A stretch of DNA of 64,000 nucleotides from an uncultured Methylomirabilota bacterium (GCA_963845565.1 CAWJSJ010000001.1:608001-672000); one strand, 5' to 3'. Positions 8,636 through 20,717 are shown, numbered from the stretch's first letter. The notes: generated by a model not told the origin, from the letters alone. Made by a program: numbers and translations.

Positions 8636-10609
8636 TTAGGCCCCGAGGTGCGAGGAATTCGTGTCCGCTCTCTGGGGGAGCGCGTCCGCGGGTCGCGTGG
8701 CCCCATTGTCAGCGGTTCCTGTCGGCGTCCTGCCGACCCATGGGAGATAGCGGGTGATCTCGCGGTACAGGTTGCGCGCGCCGTAGCGCATCTGATCCGA
8801 CTCGACCACGTAGCCGCAGAGCCACGGCTCGGCGGTCCGCCGCAGGGCTCCGCCCAGGAGGGAGATCCCTGCGGCGAGGCAGAGCAGGGCGCCGAAGACC
8901 AGGGCAACCACCAGCGGCGACAGGATCGCCAATCCGGCCGGCCCCTCCACGCCGGTAAGGCCGGCGGCTGGGAGCGGCGGGAGCTTGGCCAGGGTCGCGC
9001 CGAGCCCCTGTGGACTGCCCAGCAGGGCGCGGTGGATGAGCTGGTAGCCGAGGTGCGGGGCGAGGCCAAGAATCACGCACAAAGCGGCCAAGAGGATCTG
9101 GGGTGCCAACATGGGCCAGCCGGTTTCCGCAATCTGGCCGGACGCCGCCCGTTCGGCAACGTGACGGCTCACGCGGGAGAGGAAGCTCGTGCCGAAGAAC
9201 TTGAGGAAGAGCGCCAGGGTCAGGACGCTGGTCAGCATGGCCAGGACCGCGAACACGGCGAGATAGGGGGCGTGCGCACTCCCCAGGATCGTGGTGATGA
9301 AGATGCTCCATTTGCTGGCAAAGCCGTTGAACAGTGGCACGCCTGCGATGGAGAACGTCCCGATCAGCGCCGTGACCGCCGTGGCCGGAAGGTATTTGAT
9401 CAGGCCGCCCATCCGGTTCAGGTCCTGCGTCCCGGTGGCGTAGAGGAGCGACCCGGCGTTCAGGAAGAGCAGGCTCTTGAACAGCCCGTGGTTCAGCATG
9501 TGGAAGACGGATGCGGAGAAACCGATGGTGGCCAGGAAGAGCACCGCGTCGTCGGTTCGCCCGGGCTTGATCAGCGCGAGACAGGCGCCCAGGGGGAGGA
9601 GAATATAGCCCACCTGGCCGATGCTGCTGAAGGCGAGGAGCCGCTTCGACTCGTCCTGCCCCAGGGCCTGCGTGGTGCCGATGAAGAGGGTGGCCGTCGC
9701 CAGGGCCGCGATGACGAGACCCCAGACCTCGCTGGGGTACGCGTCCGCCGCCTCGGCCGGCACGAGCCAGAGGAAGGAGCGCATGAGGCCGTAAATACCC
9801 GTCTTGATCATGACGCCGGACAACAGGGCGCTCACCGGGGACGGGGCGGCGGGGTGGGCGGCGGGCAGCCACCATTGCCCAAAGGGCCACACGCCGGCCT
9901 TGATGCCGAACCCGATCAGGAAGCACACCATGCCCGCGGCGGCCTGGCCGGCCCCCGTCCGGAGGAGATCCGGCATCCCGTGGCTGATGGCGTCGAAGTC
10001 GTAACGCATCAGCGTTTCGCCCGCCAGGGTGACCGATCCCTGTGCCAAGATGCCCGCGCCGAGGAGGATGAAGGCGCAGGCAACTTCCATGGCGATGAGA
10101 TACCGGTTGGCCGCGCGGACGTTCGCGCGGTGCTTGTAGTCGAAACGGACCAGGAAGTAGGAGGAGACCGTCATGAGTTGCCAGAGCAGGAAGAACCCGG
10201 CCATCAGGTCGGTCACGATCACGATTCCATACATGCCGGCGACGAAGAGCAGGAAGTAGGGATAGTACCGGTACAGGCCGTAGTCCGGGTAGTGCTCCAT
10301 GTACTGGATGGAATAGAGGGCCGACAGCGCCGAGATCACGGCGATGAGCAGCAGGAACAGGGCGCTCAGGCCGTCCACGTAAATCCGGAGGGCGGACGCG
10401 TATTGCGGCAACGTCCAGACGGTGACCGCCTGTCCCGGTCCCGAGGCCAAGACGCTCACGGCCGCGCCGATGGCCAGGAAGCTGGACAACGCTGTGACGC
10501 CGCAGGCCACCTGGCCGGCCAACACCCGGTTCCGGGATACCGGGATGACCAGCACGGCGCCGCCCAGCAACACGACAAAGGCGGCCATCATGACGGTTGC
10601 AGCAGTCAT
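8636..10609 (-). CDS. Antiporter-like proton-translocating membrane subunit (HycC/HyfB/EchA-like)
   Basis: Many TM helices; GFGIKAG..WLPAAHPAAPSPVSALLSGVMIKTG, KRLLAFSSIGQ, NHGLFKSLLFL, GVPLFNGFASKW; ATGA overlap with upstream protease gene. Confidence 0.92.
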   Translation of the reverse strand: MTAATVMMAAFVVLLGGAVLVIPVSRNRVLAGQVACGVTALSSFLAIGAAVSVLASGPGQAVTVWTLPQYASALRIYVDGLSALFLLLIAVISALSALYSIQYMEHYPDYGLYRYYPYFLLFVAGMYGIVIVTDLMAGFFLLWQLMTVSSYFLVRFDYKHRANVRAANRYLIAMEVACAFILLGAGILAQGSVTLAGETLMRYDFDAISHGMPDLLRTGAGQAAAGMVCFLIGFGIKAGVWPFGQWWLPAAHPAAPSPVSALLSGVMIKTGIYGLMRSFLWLVPAEAADAYPSEVWGLVIAALATATLFIGTTQALGQDESKRLLAFSSIGQVGYILLPLGACLALIKPGRTDDAVLFLATIGFSASVFHMLNHGLFKSLLFLNAGSLLYATGTQDLNRMGGLIKYLPATAVTALIGTFSIAGVPLFNGFASKWSIFITTILGSAHAPYLAVFAVLAMLTSVLTLALFLKFFGTSFLSRVSRHVAERAASGQIAETGWPMLAPQILLAALCVILGLAPHLGYQLIHRALLGSPQGLGATLAKLPPLPAAGLTGVEGPAGLAILSPLVVALVFGALLCLAAGISLLGGALRRTAEPWLCGYVVESDQMRYGARNLYREITRYLPWVGRTPTGTADNGATRPADALPQRADTNSSHLGA

Positions 10610-11124
10610 GGTCGCTCCCCACAGACCGCCGGGGGTTGGGTTCCGGCCGGCAGGACCTCGGCCAAGAGGTCGCGCAAGACATCGAGCGTCGTTTGCACCG
10701 GCTCCGACAGGCCGGGGGCCTGGTCCACGGATTGAGGTTGGACGCCGAGGAGGACGACACGCGTCGCGCCGTCCGTCTCGATCTCGATCAGTCGAGCCAG
10801 CGTTCCCAGCGACAGCTTGTGGGTGGAGAGCTGCGGGTAGCGCCCCACGATCTCGCAGGCATCCCACAGCGCGACGTCCCCGGGCGCCGCGCCCATCTCC
10901 ACGGTATCCAGGAAGAGGATGGTCTGGAAGTCTCCTCGACGCAGTGGTGGCACGAAACGCTCCGGCGTCCGCTCGGCCACGATCACGTCGGAGACGCCGA
11001 GGGCATGCACGGCTTCCGCCAGCCGCACCCCGAACCCGTCGTCGCCACGGTCGGGGTTTCCGATACCCACCAGACAGGTCCGACCCGTAAGCCGTTGGCG
11101 CAATGCGTTCCGGAGGTCGGCCAT
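10606..11124 (-). CDS. Hydrogenase maturation protease (HycI-like)
   Basis: VGIGNPDRGDDGFG, PE, ILFLD, STHKLSL, LGVQP. Confidence 0.9.
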   Translation of the reverse strand: MADLRNALRQRLTGRTCLVGIGNPDRGDDGFGVRLAEAVHALGVSDVIVAERTPERFVPPLRRGDFQTILFLDTVEMGAAPGDVALWDACEIVGRYPQLSTHKLSLGTLARLIEIETDGATRVVLLGVQPQSVDQAPGLSEPVQTTLDVLRDLLAEVLPAGTQPPAVCGERP

Positions 11125-11972
11125 CAGATATCCTCTCCGAGCCGCTTGATCTGCTCGTACGTGAAGACCGGGCCATCGGCGCAGACGTAGGCCAAGCCGA
11201 TGCAGCAGTGACCGCACTTGCCCACGCCGCACTTCATGTACCGCTCCAGCGTGGACATGATGTTTCGGTCCTGGAACCCCATCAACTTGAGGTCCCGGAT
11301 CACGAACCGGAACATGATGGGGGGACCGCACACGAAGGCCGTGGTGTCCTCGACGGGGACCGTGACGCCGGGCTTGCGGAACAGGCTGCCCACAACGCCG
11401 ACGTGGCCGGTCCACTGGTCGTCGCCCCGATCCACGGTGAGATAGCACTCGAAGCCCCGGGTCATCTCCCACTCGCGGAGCGCCCCCAGATACATGAGAT
11501 CCTTCAGACCGCGCGCCCCATAGAAGAGCTGGATCTTGCCGTAGCGGTGCCGATTGTCCAGGGCGTAGTTGAGACAGGAGCGGAGGGGGATCAACCCGAT
11601 GCCGCCGGCCACGAACAGGAGGTTCCGGCCGAAGTACTGGGTCATCGGGAATCCGTTTCCATACGGGCCTCGCACCGCGAATTTGTCCCCAGGCTGCAAC
11701 TGGTGGAGGGCGGCGGTGACGCTCCCCACCCGGCGGACGGTGAAGAACAATTCGTCCTCGGTGGGGCTCGGCGGAAGCGAGGCCGGGAATTCGCCCGCGC
11801 CAAAGACCGACACCTGGGCGAATTGGCCGGGGAGGAACTTGCGAAAGGCCGTCTGCTCGGCCGGGTCCTCAAAATGCCAGTAAAACGTCTTGACGTCCGC
11901 GATCTCCTCCACCACGCGGTCCATGATCGCGATCTTGGGGAGATAGACGTTCTCAGGTTGCGGCTGGCTCAT
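11124..11972 (-). CDS. FAD/NAD(P)-binding [2Fe-2S] subunit (AsrB / sulfhydrogenase gamma / FlxA-like)
   Basis: PGQF, RGPYGNGF, VAGGIGLIPLR, VCGPPIM, LERYMKCGVGKCGHC..VCADGPVF. Confidence 0.92.
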   Translation of the reverse strand: MSQPQPENVYLPKIAIMDRVVEEIADVKTFYWHFEDPAEQTAFRKFLPGQFAQVSVFGAGEFPASLPPSPTEDELFFTVRRVGSVTAALHQLQPGDKFAVRGPYGNGFPMTQYFGRNLLFVAGGIGLIPLRSCLNYALDNRHRYGKIQLFYGARGLKDLMYLGALREWEMTRGFECYLTVDRGDDQWTGHVGVVGSLFRKPGVTVPVEDTTAFVCGPPIMFRFVIRDLKLMGFQDRNIMSTLERYMKCGVGKCGHCCIGLAYVCADGPVFTYEQIKRLGEDI

Positions 11973-13035
11973 GTCGCTCGCTCTCCGCCGTGGTGCGGCG
12001 CACGATCTCCACCACGTTGGGCATGCCGATGTCCCCGTGACAGACCTCGACGCAGCGCCCGCAGCCCACGCAGGCCACCGACAGTTCCCGCTGGATGAAG
12101 TAGTGGGCCAGCTTCCGGAAAAACCGCCGATTGCGGCGGTCGTGGGCGGCCTTCCGGGGGTTGAAGCCCCCGGCCATGCGGGTGAAGCCGCCCAAGGCGC
12201 AGGCGTCCCAGAGGCGCACGCGCTCGTAATCGGCGGGCCCGACCTGGCGTTCCGTCACGGTGAAGCAGGTGCAGGTCGGACACATATAGCTACAGCCGCC
12301 GCATTCCAGACACCGGTTGCCGATCTGCTCCCAGGTCGCGTCGCTGACCTGCTCGGAGGTGATGTAGTGCACGGTGGACCAGTACCAGCTCGTCGCCAGT
12401 CGGAAGCGCTTGCGCACGTCATTCAGGATCTGCCGTCGGCGGGCCAGGTGGGTCGGCGTGCCCTTGCGGAACATGGGGTGGGCGAAGAGGGCTTCGCCTT
12501 TGTCGGTGCCGGCGACCACCAGGAATTCGTCCCCCAGGTCCATGAGCTGCAGGTCGAAGTGTTCGCGGGCGGCTGGACCGGTGTCGGCGCACATACAGAA
12601 ACAGTCGTTGTCGATGTCGAGGTCCGGGTCGGTGCAGACCACGTTCACCAGGAACAGGTTGCGGCGGTGCTGCTCGTAGTAGGTGTCCTTGAAATCGCGG
12701 CCCAGATAGAAGCGATCGAGGTGATAGATGCCCGCGGTGTCGCAGGAACGGATGCCGAAGATGGCGCGGGGCGGGGCCTCGCAGGTCGCGTGAATGCGCG
12801 GGTGCGTGTTGAGGTGAATCTGGAGGAGCCGCTCGATGTGCGGGAGGACATATCGCTTGGGCGGATAGTACGGGTTGGGAATATGTACCTGGACCAGATG
12901 CCGGTTGGCGTCGGTGACGGAATCGAAGCAGGTGTCGCGTCCCCGGCCGTAGAAGGGGGCGATGACCTCGTATTCTTCGCGCAGGAGGTCCACCAGCGAG
13001 AGCAGGTTGGCCTTGTCCATGATTCGTGCCCGCAT
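11953..13035 (-). CDS. 4Fe-4S dicluster subunit (AsrA / sulfhydrogenase beta-like)
   Basis: IFGIRSCD, CFC, RCLECGGCSYMCPTCTCF, RLWDAC..F.RMAGG.NPR, CVGCGRCVEVC. Confidence 0.92.
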   Translation of the reverse strand: MRARIMDKANLLSLVDLLREEYEVIAPFYGRGRDTCFDSVTDANRHLVQVHIPNPYYPPKRYVLPHIERLLQIHLNTHPRIHATCEAPPRAIFGIRSCDTAGIYHLDRFYLGRDFKDTYYEQHRRNLFLVNVVCTDPDLDIDNDCFCMCADTGPAAREHFDLQLMDLGDEFLVVAGTDKGEALFAHPMFRKGTPTHLARRRQILNDVRKRFRLATSWYWSTVHYITSEQVSDATWEQIGNRCLECGGCSYMCPTCTCFTVTERQVGPADYERVRLWDACALGGFTRMAGGFNPRKAAHDRRNRRFFRKLAHYFIQRELSVACVGCGRCVEVCHGDIGMPNVVEIVRRTTAESERHEPAAT

Positions 13036-13037
13036 CG

Positions 13038-15068
13038 TCAGACCCTTTCCAGCCGGACGCAGACGGGGAGACGTCCGCCGCGCGACGAGGCGGCCGCGTC
13101 ACCCAGGAGCTGCCCCCGGACCTCGCGGAGAAAATACGGGACGAAGATCATGCCCGACTTCACCTCGCGGGTGACACGGGCCCAGGTGGTGGCGACGCCG
13201 GTCACGCCGACCAAGCGGACCTTGGCGCCGTCCCGAATCTCCAGCCGCTTGGCGTCGTCGGCGTTGACGTCCACGAAGCCCTCGGGGTAGTCGAGGAGGA
13301 GAATCTGATACTCGCGCTTCAATGTTTCGCTGTGCTGGACCAGCACGTTCTGATGCCAATAGTACAGGGAGTGGCCGAAACTGAGCGTGAAGGGGTAGTC
13401 GTCGGACGCGCAGGGGGGCTGGCTGGGCCGCGGGATGGGGACCAGGCTGAAGGGCTGCCCGACGATCCCCTCCTCGAAGAGGAAGCGGGTCCCCAGCGGT
13501 TTGTCCGTGCCGCACGGCCACTGGCGGCCGTAATCCCGGGCCAGATTGTCGTAGGTCGCGGCCCCATAGAAGGGGACGGCCCGTCCGATCTCTCGCATGA
13601 CGTCGGCGGCGGCGGCGTACTCCCATCCGGCCCCCAGGCTGTTCGCCATGCGGACGATCTGCCGCCAGGCGGGCGCGAGGCCGGAGGGCGGGTCTACGGC
13701 CTTGCCGACGAGCTGGATCCGACGCTCGGTATTCGTGAAGGTGACCTGCTCTTCCCCAAAGGCCGCCACCGGTAGGACGACGTGGGCGTACTTGGCGGTC
13801 TCGGTGAGGAACGGGTGCTGGACGATGACCAGGTCGAGTTGCCGAAGGACGGCCGACGCGTCGGCAGAGGCCGCCATGACCGGGTCGTGTCGGCAGAGCC
13901 ACAGGGCACGCACGGCGCCTTTCCCGTGTCGCCCGAGCAGTTGCTCCGCCCCCTGGCCGGGCTTGATGGGAAGGGGCGCCCCCCAGAGCACCTCGAAGGA
14001 ACGGCGTCCGGCATCGTCCGCCACCGGCACGTAGCCGGGCAGTCGGTTGGGCAGCATCCCCATGTCGCAGACGCCCTGGAGATTGTTGTGCTCGGTCAGC
14101 GCGAAGACGCCCGCCCCCGCCTTCCCGATATTACCGGTGAGCAGGGCCAGATTGACCAAGGCCTGAATCGCCTCGGCGCCGCTGGCTTCCACACCGGTCG
14201 AGAAGAGGATGGCGGCGGCGCGGGCACGACCGTAGGTGACGGCGGCCTCCTCGATCAGTTCCGGCGGGATGCCGCAGGCGTCGGCCGCCCACAGGACGTC
14301 GTAGGCGTGGACCGCCTCCAGGAACGGCTCGACATTCCTGCAGTGGGCCTTGAGGAAGCGTGCGTCGAACAGCCCCCGATCCACAATGACCTTCGCCAAG
14401 GCCCCGTACAGGGCCGCGTCGCTGCCCGGACGCACCTGGAGAAAGACGTCGGCATGTTCCGCCAGCCGATGTCGCCGCGGGTCGATGACGATGAGCTTCC
14501 GACCCTTCAGCTTGGCGCGCATGACGCGGCCGCCGATGGTCGGGAGCTGCAACCCCAGGTCCACGCCGTTCACGATGATGGCGTCGCTCGTGTCGAGCTC
14601 GGCGACGGAGTTGGTGCTCGCTGGGACACCCAGCATGGCCAGCAACACGTCGATGCTGTTGTTGCGATACACTCCGAGCCCATGGTCCACGTTGTTGGTA
14701 CCGATGATGGCGCGGGCGAATTTCTGGAGAAGGTAGCTTTCTTCGTTGGAGCCGCGCGGGGAATTGATGAAGCCCACGGCGTTGGGTCCGGCCTGCGCCT
14801 GGACCTGCCGCAGGCGATCGGCCGTATAACCGAGGGCCTCTTCCCAGGTGGCTTCCTGCAACGCGCCGTGCTTGCGGAGCAGCGGGGTGAGGAGACGATC
14901 GGGGGCGCTGGCGACCTCGTTGACGTGCCAGCCTCGCACGCAGATCCGGCCTTGGTTGGTGGGATGGGTCATGCTGGGGTAGGCGCCGGTGAGGCGAGAC
15001 CCAGCGCTCTCCAGGTAGATCCCACAGCCCACACCACAGAACGTGCAGGTGGTCAGCGTGTGGGGCAT
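13038..15068 (-). CDS. FdhF/FdhA-like molybdopterin-oxidoreductase-family protein lacking the catalytic Cys/Sec, His and Arg
   Basis: FS0 motif CTFCGVGC-x27-C, QKFARAIIGTNNVD, NNLQGVCDMG, GTFTNTERR-like VTFTNTERRIQ; active-site segment reads NNVDHGLGVYR. Confidence 0.88.
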   Translation of the reverse strand: MPHTLTTCTFCGVGCGIYLESAGSRLTGAYPSMTHPTNQGRICVRGWHVNEVASAPDRLLTPLLRKHGALQEATWEEALGYTADRLRQVQAQAGPNAVGFINSPRGSNEESYLLQKFARAIIGTNNVDHGLGVYRNNSIDVLLAMLGVPASTNSVAELDTSDAIIVNGVDLGLQLPTIGGRVMRAKLKGRKLIVIDPRRHRLAEHADVFLQVRPGSDAALYGALAKVIVDRGLFDARFLKAHCRNVEPFLEAVHAYDVLWAADACGIPPELIEEAAVTYGRARAAAILFSTGVEASGAEAIQALVNLALLTGNIGKAGAGVFALTEHNNLQGVCDMGMLPNRLPGYVPVADDAGRRSFEVLWGAPLPIKPGQGAEQLLGRHGKGAVRALWLCRHDPVMAASADASAVLRQLDLVIVQHPFLTETAKYAHVVLPVAAFGEEQVTFTNTERRIQLVGKAVDPPSGLAPAWRQIVRMANSLGAGWEYAAAADVMREIGRAVPFYGAATYDNLARDYGRQWPCGTDKPLGTRFLFEEGIVGQPFSLVPIPRPSQPPCASDDYPFTLSFGHSLYYWHQNVLVQHSETLKREYQILLLDYPEGFVDVNADDAKRLEIRDGAKVRLVGVTGVATTWARVTREVKSGMIFVPYFLREVRGQLLGDAAASSRGGRLPVCVRLERV

Positions 15069-15149
15069 CCCGTATTCCTCCTGTTGGGTCGCGCGCTGTC
15101 GTTCACGACCGGAGCGCCTCCTGGGGATGGCGCAAAGAACCGGCTTAAC

Positions 15150-15641
15150 TCACGGGGCGGTGACTCCTTCGCAACGCGCCGGCGCAACCGCCACGGGCGG
15201 CAGGTCGATCAGGGGCGCCACGAGCATCAGGGCATCGGCGATGCCGCCTTTGGTGAGCGGAGAGATCGGCGCGCCGAACCCGAAATCTGCGGCAGGAATG
15301 GTGATCCACCAGGCATCCGGCGCGCGGCCGAATGCGGTCACCGCCAGGCGGAGCACGCGGTCCGGTTCGACGGTGTGGGCCGGACCGGTGTCGTCGGCCG
15401 TCGGGTGGAGACGGCGGACCCGCACCGCGGGATCCTCGGCAGCGGGATGGGCGTCCAGGAAGATGGCGCGCTCCGCCGCGGAGAGCGGGGCGGCCAGTTC
15501 GGGGGTGAGTTGATGGAGGGTGAACACGCGGACGGCGGGGTGGCCCCAGGCGGCGACGCGGCCCGCGGCGACGCGGCCCGCGGCGTCATCGCCGCGCAGG
15601 TCGTTCCCGTAGCCGATCACCAGGATCGAGTCGGAACGCAT
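15150..15641 (-). CDS. hoxW: Hydrogenase maturation protease (HoxW-like)
   Basis: LVIGYGNDLRGDDAAG, HQLTPELA, AIFLDA; immediately downstream of hoxH. Confidence 0.88.
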   Translation of the reverse strand: MRSDSILVIGYGNDLRGDDAAGRVAAGRVAAWGHPAVRVFTLHQLTPELAAPLSAAERAIFLDAHPAAEDPAVRVRRLHPTADDTGPAHTVEPDRVLRLAVTAFGRAPDAWWITIPAADFGFGAPISPLTKGGIADALMLVAPLIDLPPVAVAPARCEGVTAP

Positions 15642-15666
15642 CTCCCCCTCCGCCCGGCGAAGTCCC

Positions 15667-17091
15667 TCAGGTGCGCCAGGCTTCGTCGAGGACCACACCG
15701 TCGGATCCCACCAGGGTCACCTGGAGCGGCATAGTGCCGGCGGCATGGGTCGAACAGCTCAGGCAAGGGTCGTAGGCGCGGATCCCCGCCTCGACCCGGT
15801 TCAGCATGCCTTCCGGAATGTGGGGTCCGCGCACGTAGTGACGAGCGATCTGGGCCACGGTCCGATTCATGGCCAGATTGTTCTGGCCGGTGGCGATGAT
15901 CAGGTTCACCTTCTGGATCAGCCCGTATTCGTCGACCCGATAATGGTGGAAGAGGGTGCCGCGCGGCGCCTCGCTCACCCCGACCGCTTCCAGCTGGTTG
16001 ATCCCGGCGTCGGCACGCAGCCGGTCGGACATCAGGTCGGGATCGTCCAGGGCGCGCTCGATCTTCTCGACGGCTGCCAGGATCTCGATCAGTCGCGCGT
16101 GGTGATAGCGGAACGAGGAGGTCACCGTGCCGTTCCCGCGATCGCGAAACTCGCGGAGTTCCTGGTCCGCCAGGGGGGTGCCGATGTGCGAGCAGACGTT
16201 CAGCCGCGCCAGCGGTCCGACGCGGTAGATTCCGTCGGGGTAACCCAGCGGCCGATAGAAGGGCGACTTCAAGTAGGAGTGCGATTCCACCGCCTCGCCG
16301 ATGAACTCCTGGTACCGCCGGGCCTCCAGCCGGTCCGCGATGACATTGCCGGCGCTGTCCACGAAGCGGAGGTGGCCGTCGTAATGCTCCCATGCGCCGT
16401 CATGGCCGACCAGGCCCATGAAGAGGCTGGGGAAGTTGCCGAAGATGTGGGCCTCTTTCTCGAAGGAGGGGAGCATTCGTTTGAAGCGGCCCAGCGTCTC
16501 GAGGATGGTGGCGCGCGCCTCCGGGATGCGGGTACGGATCTGGCCGTGCGACTCCTGCGAGAGCGCCGAGCGGACACCGCCCGGCACGGCCCAGGCGGGG
16601 TGGATCTTCTGCCCGCCGAGGTGCGCGATGATCTCCTGTCCGAATTGGCGCAGGCGGATGCCGGAGCGCGCCAACTCGGGCTCGGCGGCGACCAGGCCGA
16701 AAATGTTCCGGGTGGCCGGGTCGCTATCGAATCCCAAGATGAAGTCAGGTGCGCTGAGGTGAAAGAAGCTCAGGGCATGGGACTGCAGGATCTGGCCCAG
16801 ATTCATCAGACGCCGCAGCTTCTCCGCGGCGGGGGGGACGCTCACCGCGAGAATCGCGTCGCCCGCTTTGGCGGAAGCCAGGAGGTGGCTGACCGGGCAG
16901 ATCCCACAGACACGGGCGGTGATCCCGGGCATTTCGTAGAGCGGGCGGCCTTCGCAGAACCGCTCGAAGCCGCGGAACTCGGTGACGTGGAATTTGGCAT
17001 CGACCACCTGTCCGGTGTCGTCGAGATAGATGGTGATCTTGGCATGGCCTTCGATGCGGGTGACGGGATCGATGACAATCCGCTGAGTCAT
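15667..17091 (-). CDS. hoxH: Bidirectional group 3d [NiFe]-hydrogenase large subunit
   Basis: [22 protein letters not shown]1 [12 protein letters not shown]2 [10 protein letters not shown] plus extension. Confidence 0.95.
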   Translation of the reverse strand: MTQRIVIDPVTRIEGHAKITIYLDDTGQVVDAKFHVTEFRGFERFCEGRPLYEMPGITARVCGICPVSHLLASAKAGDAILAVSVPPAAEKLRRLMNLGQILQSHALSFFHLSAPDFILGFDSDPATRNIFGLVAAEPELARSGIRLRQFGQEIIAHLGGQKIHPAWAVPGGVRSALSQESHGQIRTRIPEARATILETLGRFKRMLPSFEKEAHIFGNFPSLFMGLVGHDGAWEHYDGHLRFVDSAGNVIADRLEARRYQEFIGEAVESHSYLKSPFYRPLGYPDGIYRVGPLARLNVCSHIGTPLADQELREFRDRGNGTVTSSFRYHHARLIEILAAVEKIERALDDPDLMSDRLRADAGINQLEAVGVSEAPRGTLFHHYRVDEYGLIQKVNLIIATGQNNLAMNRTVAQIARHYVRGPHIPEGMLNRVEAGIRAYDPCLSCSTHAAGTMPLQVTLVGSDGVVLDEAWRT

Positions 17092-17156
17092 GGACGAATT
17101 CGTCTCCGTGTGTGCGTGAGTCCTCGGCACCTGGTCTCGCTGCGTGCGGGCGGTGC

Positions 17157-17699
17157 CTACCCCGCTTTCAGGTCCCGACCGGTCAGGACGGGTACCTTGC
17201 CTGCCAGAAGTTGCTCCAAGACGGCCCTGATGCGGTCCGCCGGCGGCGGGCAGCCGGGCAGGAAGGTCTCCACCGGCACGACCTCGTGCACCGGCTGGAC
17301 CCGATCCAGGAGGACCGGCACGATCCCCGGATCGGCGGGGATCTGGGCGGCGATGTCTGCCCCCTCCAGATAGGCACGGGTGAGCACGTGCTCCGCGGAG
17401 CCAAGCGGGTTCCGCATGGCCGTGACGTTGCCGGTGACCGCGCAATCGCCGAACGAGACCAGATGCGTCGTGTGCCGTCGGATCCGACGGATCAGGTGCA
17501 AGTGCTCGTCGTTGGCCACGGCACCTTCGATGAGGGCTACGTCCACCCCTTCGGGGTACTCCTTGACATCGGCGATCGGGCTATACACCAACCGGACGTG
17601 GCCGGCGAGAGTGATGAGCCATTCGTCCAGGTCGAGGAACGACATATGGCAACCCGAGCAGCCGCCCAGCCAGACGGTGGCCAGCCTTATCGGATCCAT
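17157..17699 (-). CDS. hoxY: Bidirectional hydrogenase small subunit
   Basis: [38 protein letters not shown]. Confidence 0.95.
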   Translation of the reverse strand: MDPIRLATVWLGGCSGCHMSFLDLDEWLITLAGHVRLVYSPIADVKEYPEGVDVALIEGAVANDEHLHLIRRIRRHTTHLVSFGDCAVTGNVTAMRNPLGSAEHVLTRAYLEGADIAAQIPADPGIVPVLLDRVQPVHEVVPVETFLPGCPPPADRIRAVLEQLLAGKVPVLTGRDLKAG

Positions 17700-18403
17700 T
17701 GTTTCTTCTCCCGTGCGGTGACGATGAATTCCAGGCGCCAGCGGTCCCGCTCCATCTCGGACACGGTGACGCCGCGGCGGAAGATGGCACCGGTCGGGCA
17801 GGCGTGCACACATTTGCCGCAGGCGGTACAGCTCTTGGCCTGGCCCCAGGGCTGGTTGAGATCGGTGATGACGAGGGTATGCGCGCCGCGGCCCGCCATG
17901 TCCCAGGTGTGCGCGCCCTCGATCTCGTCGCAGACGCGCACGCAACGGGCGCACAGGACGCACCGATTGTGGTCGACCCCGTACCGCTCGTGGGTGACGT
18001 CCACGGTGTGCGGCGGGAACATGTAGTCGAAGCGGACGTGATCCATCCCCACGGCGATGGCCAGGTCCTGCAGTTCGCAATGGCCGTTGGCGACACAGAC
18101 GGCGCACACGTGGTTTCGCTCCGCGAAGAGCAGCTCCATGATCATCCGGCGGTAGTCCCGGATCCGATCCGTGTTGGTGCGGATCTCCATGCCCTCGGCC
18201 ACCGTGGTGACGCAGGCGGGCACCAGCCGGTTGCTGGCGCCGACCTCAACCAGACAGACCCGGCAGGCGCCGACGGGGGTCACGCCTTCCAGGCGGCAGA
18301 GGGCGGGGATGAAGATCCCAGCCTCGTGGGCGGCCTCGAGGACCGTCTGGTCCTCGTGGGCGCTGACGAGCTGTCCATCGATGGTGAGTGTCTTTACGGC
18401 CAT
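17687..18403 (-). CDS. hoxU: Diaphorase Fe-S subunit
   Basis: [53 protein letters not shown]. Confidence 0.95.
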   Translation of the reverse strand: MAVKTLTIDGQLVSAHEDQTVLEAAHEAGIFIPALCRLEGVTPVGACRVCLVEVGASNRLVPACVTTVAEGMEIRTNTDRIRDYRRMIMELLFAERNHVCAVCVANGHCELQDLAIAVGMDHVRFDYMFPPHTVDVTHERYGVDHNRCVLCARCVRVCDEIEGAHTWDMAGRGAHTLVITDLNQPWGQAKSCTACGKCVHACPTGAIFRRGVTVSEMERDRWRLEFIVTAREKKQWIR

Positions 18404-18434
18404 GATCGCCGACCTCGCGCGCGAGTGAACGTGA

Positions 18435-20061
<1,627 letters not shown>

Positions 20062-20084
<23 letters not shown>

Positions 20085-20610
20085 TCTCGAGCCATCCTTT
20101 CACGTGCGTCACGACACTGTCGGGCGTCTGGTTACCCACCACGACGCCGTCGAGGACGACGGCGGGGGCAATGCCGCAGGCGCCGATGCAGCGCGCCTGG
20201 ATGAGCGACATGCTTCCGTCCGACCGGGTTTCCCCGGAGCGGACCTTTGCGTAGTCTTCGACGGTCTTGACCAGCGTGGCCGCGCCTTTCACGTAGCAGG
20301 CCGTTCCCATGCAGACCACACAGGTGTGTCGACCCTTCGGCTTCAGGGAAAAGAAGTGATAAAAGGTGGCGACGCCATAGACGCGGCTGGGGGGGAGCTT
20401 CAGACCCTGCGCGATATACACCAAGAGTTCGGGGTCGAGATACCCGTAAAGTTCCTGTGCCGTGTGGAGGACCTCGATGAGTGCATCGGCTTGGTATTGG
20501 TGGCGTTTCATTGCGGCAGCCAGCATTTTTTGCCGGTTGTCGGCCGCCAGCCCTTTGGTCGGAATTCGGCCGTTTCCCTGTGTCTTCGCCGTGGCAGTGG
20601 CGGACGCCAT
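20062..20610 (-). CDS. hoxE: Diaphorase [2Fe-2S] subunit (NuoE-like)
   Basis: [49 protein letters not shown]. Confidence 0.95.
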
Positions 20611-20717
20611 AATCACCCCCTGCGTGGGGCCGTCCCAGCGACTCACAGACAACATCCGGGGTCGCGGTCCCGACGCACCACCGAGAATAGCTTTAGACAC
20701 CAACGAGCAAAAGAGTC

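Noticed and set aside
4679..10609. Respiratory complex I (nuo) or Ehr complex
   Set aside because: The large subunit has both NiFe CxxC motifs and a dedicated protease; nuoA/J/K/M/N equivalents are absent.
11124..13035. Anaerobic sulfite reductase, group 3b sulfhydrogenase or Flx-Hdr
   Set aside because: No asrC, group 3b alpha/delta subunits or hdrABC in the locus.
13038..15068. Selenocysteine formate dehydrogenase / classical formate hydrogenlyase
   Set aside because: No in-frame TGA; the ligand position is Tyr (TAT), the His and Arg are lost, and no HycB-like gene is present.
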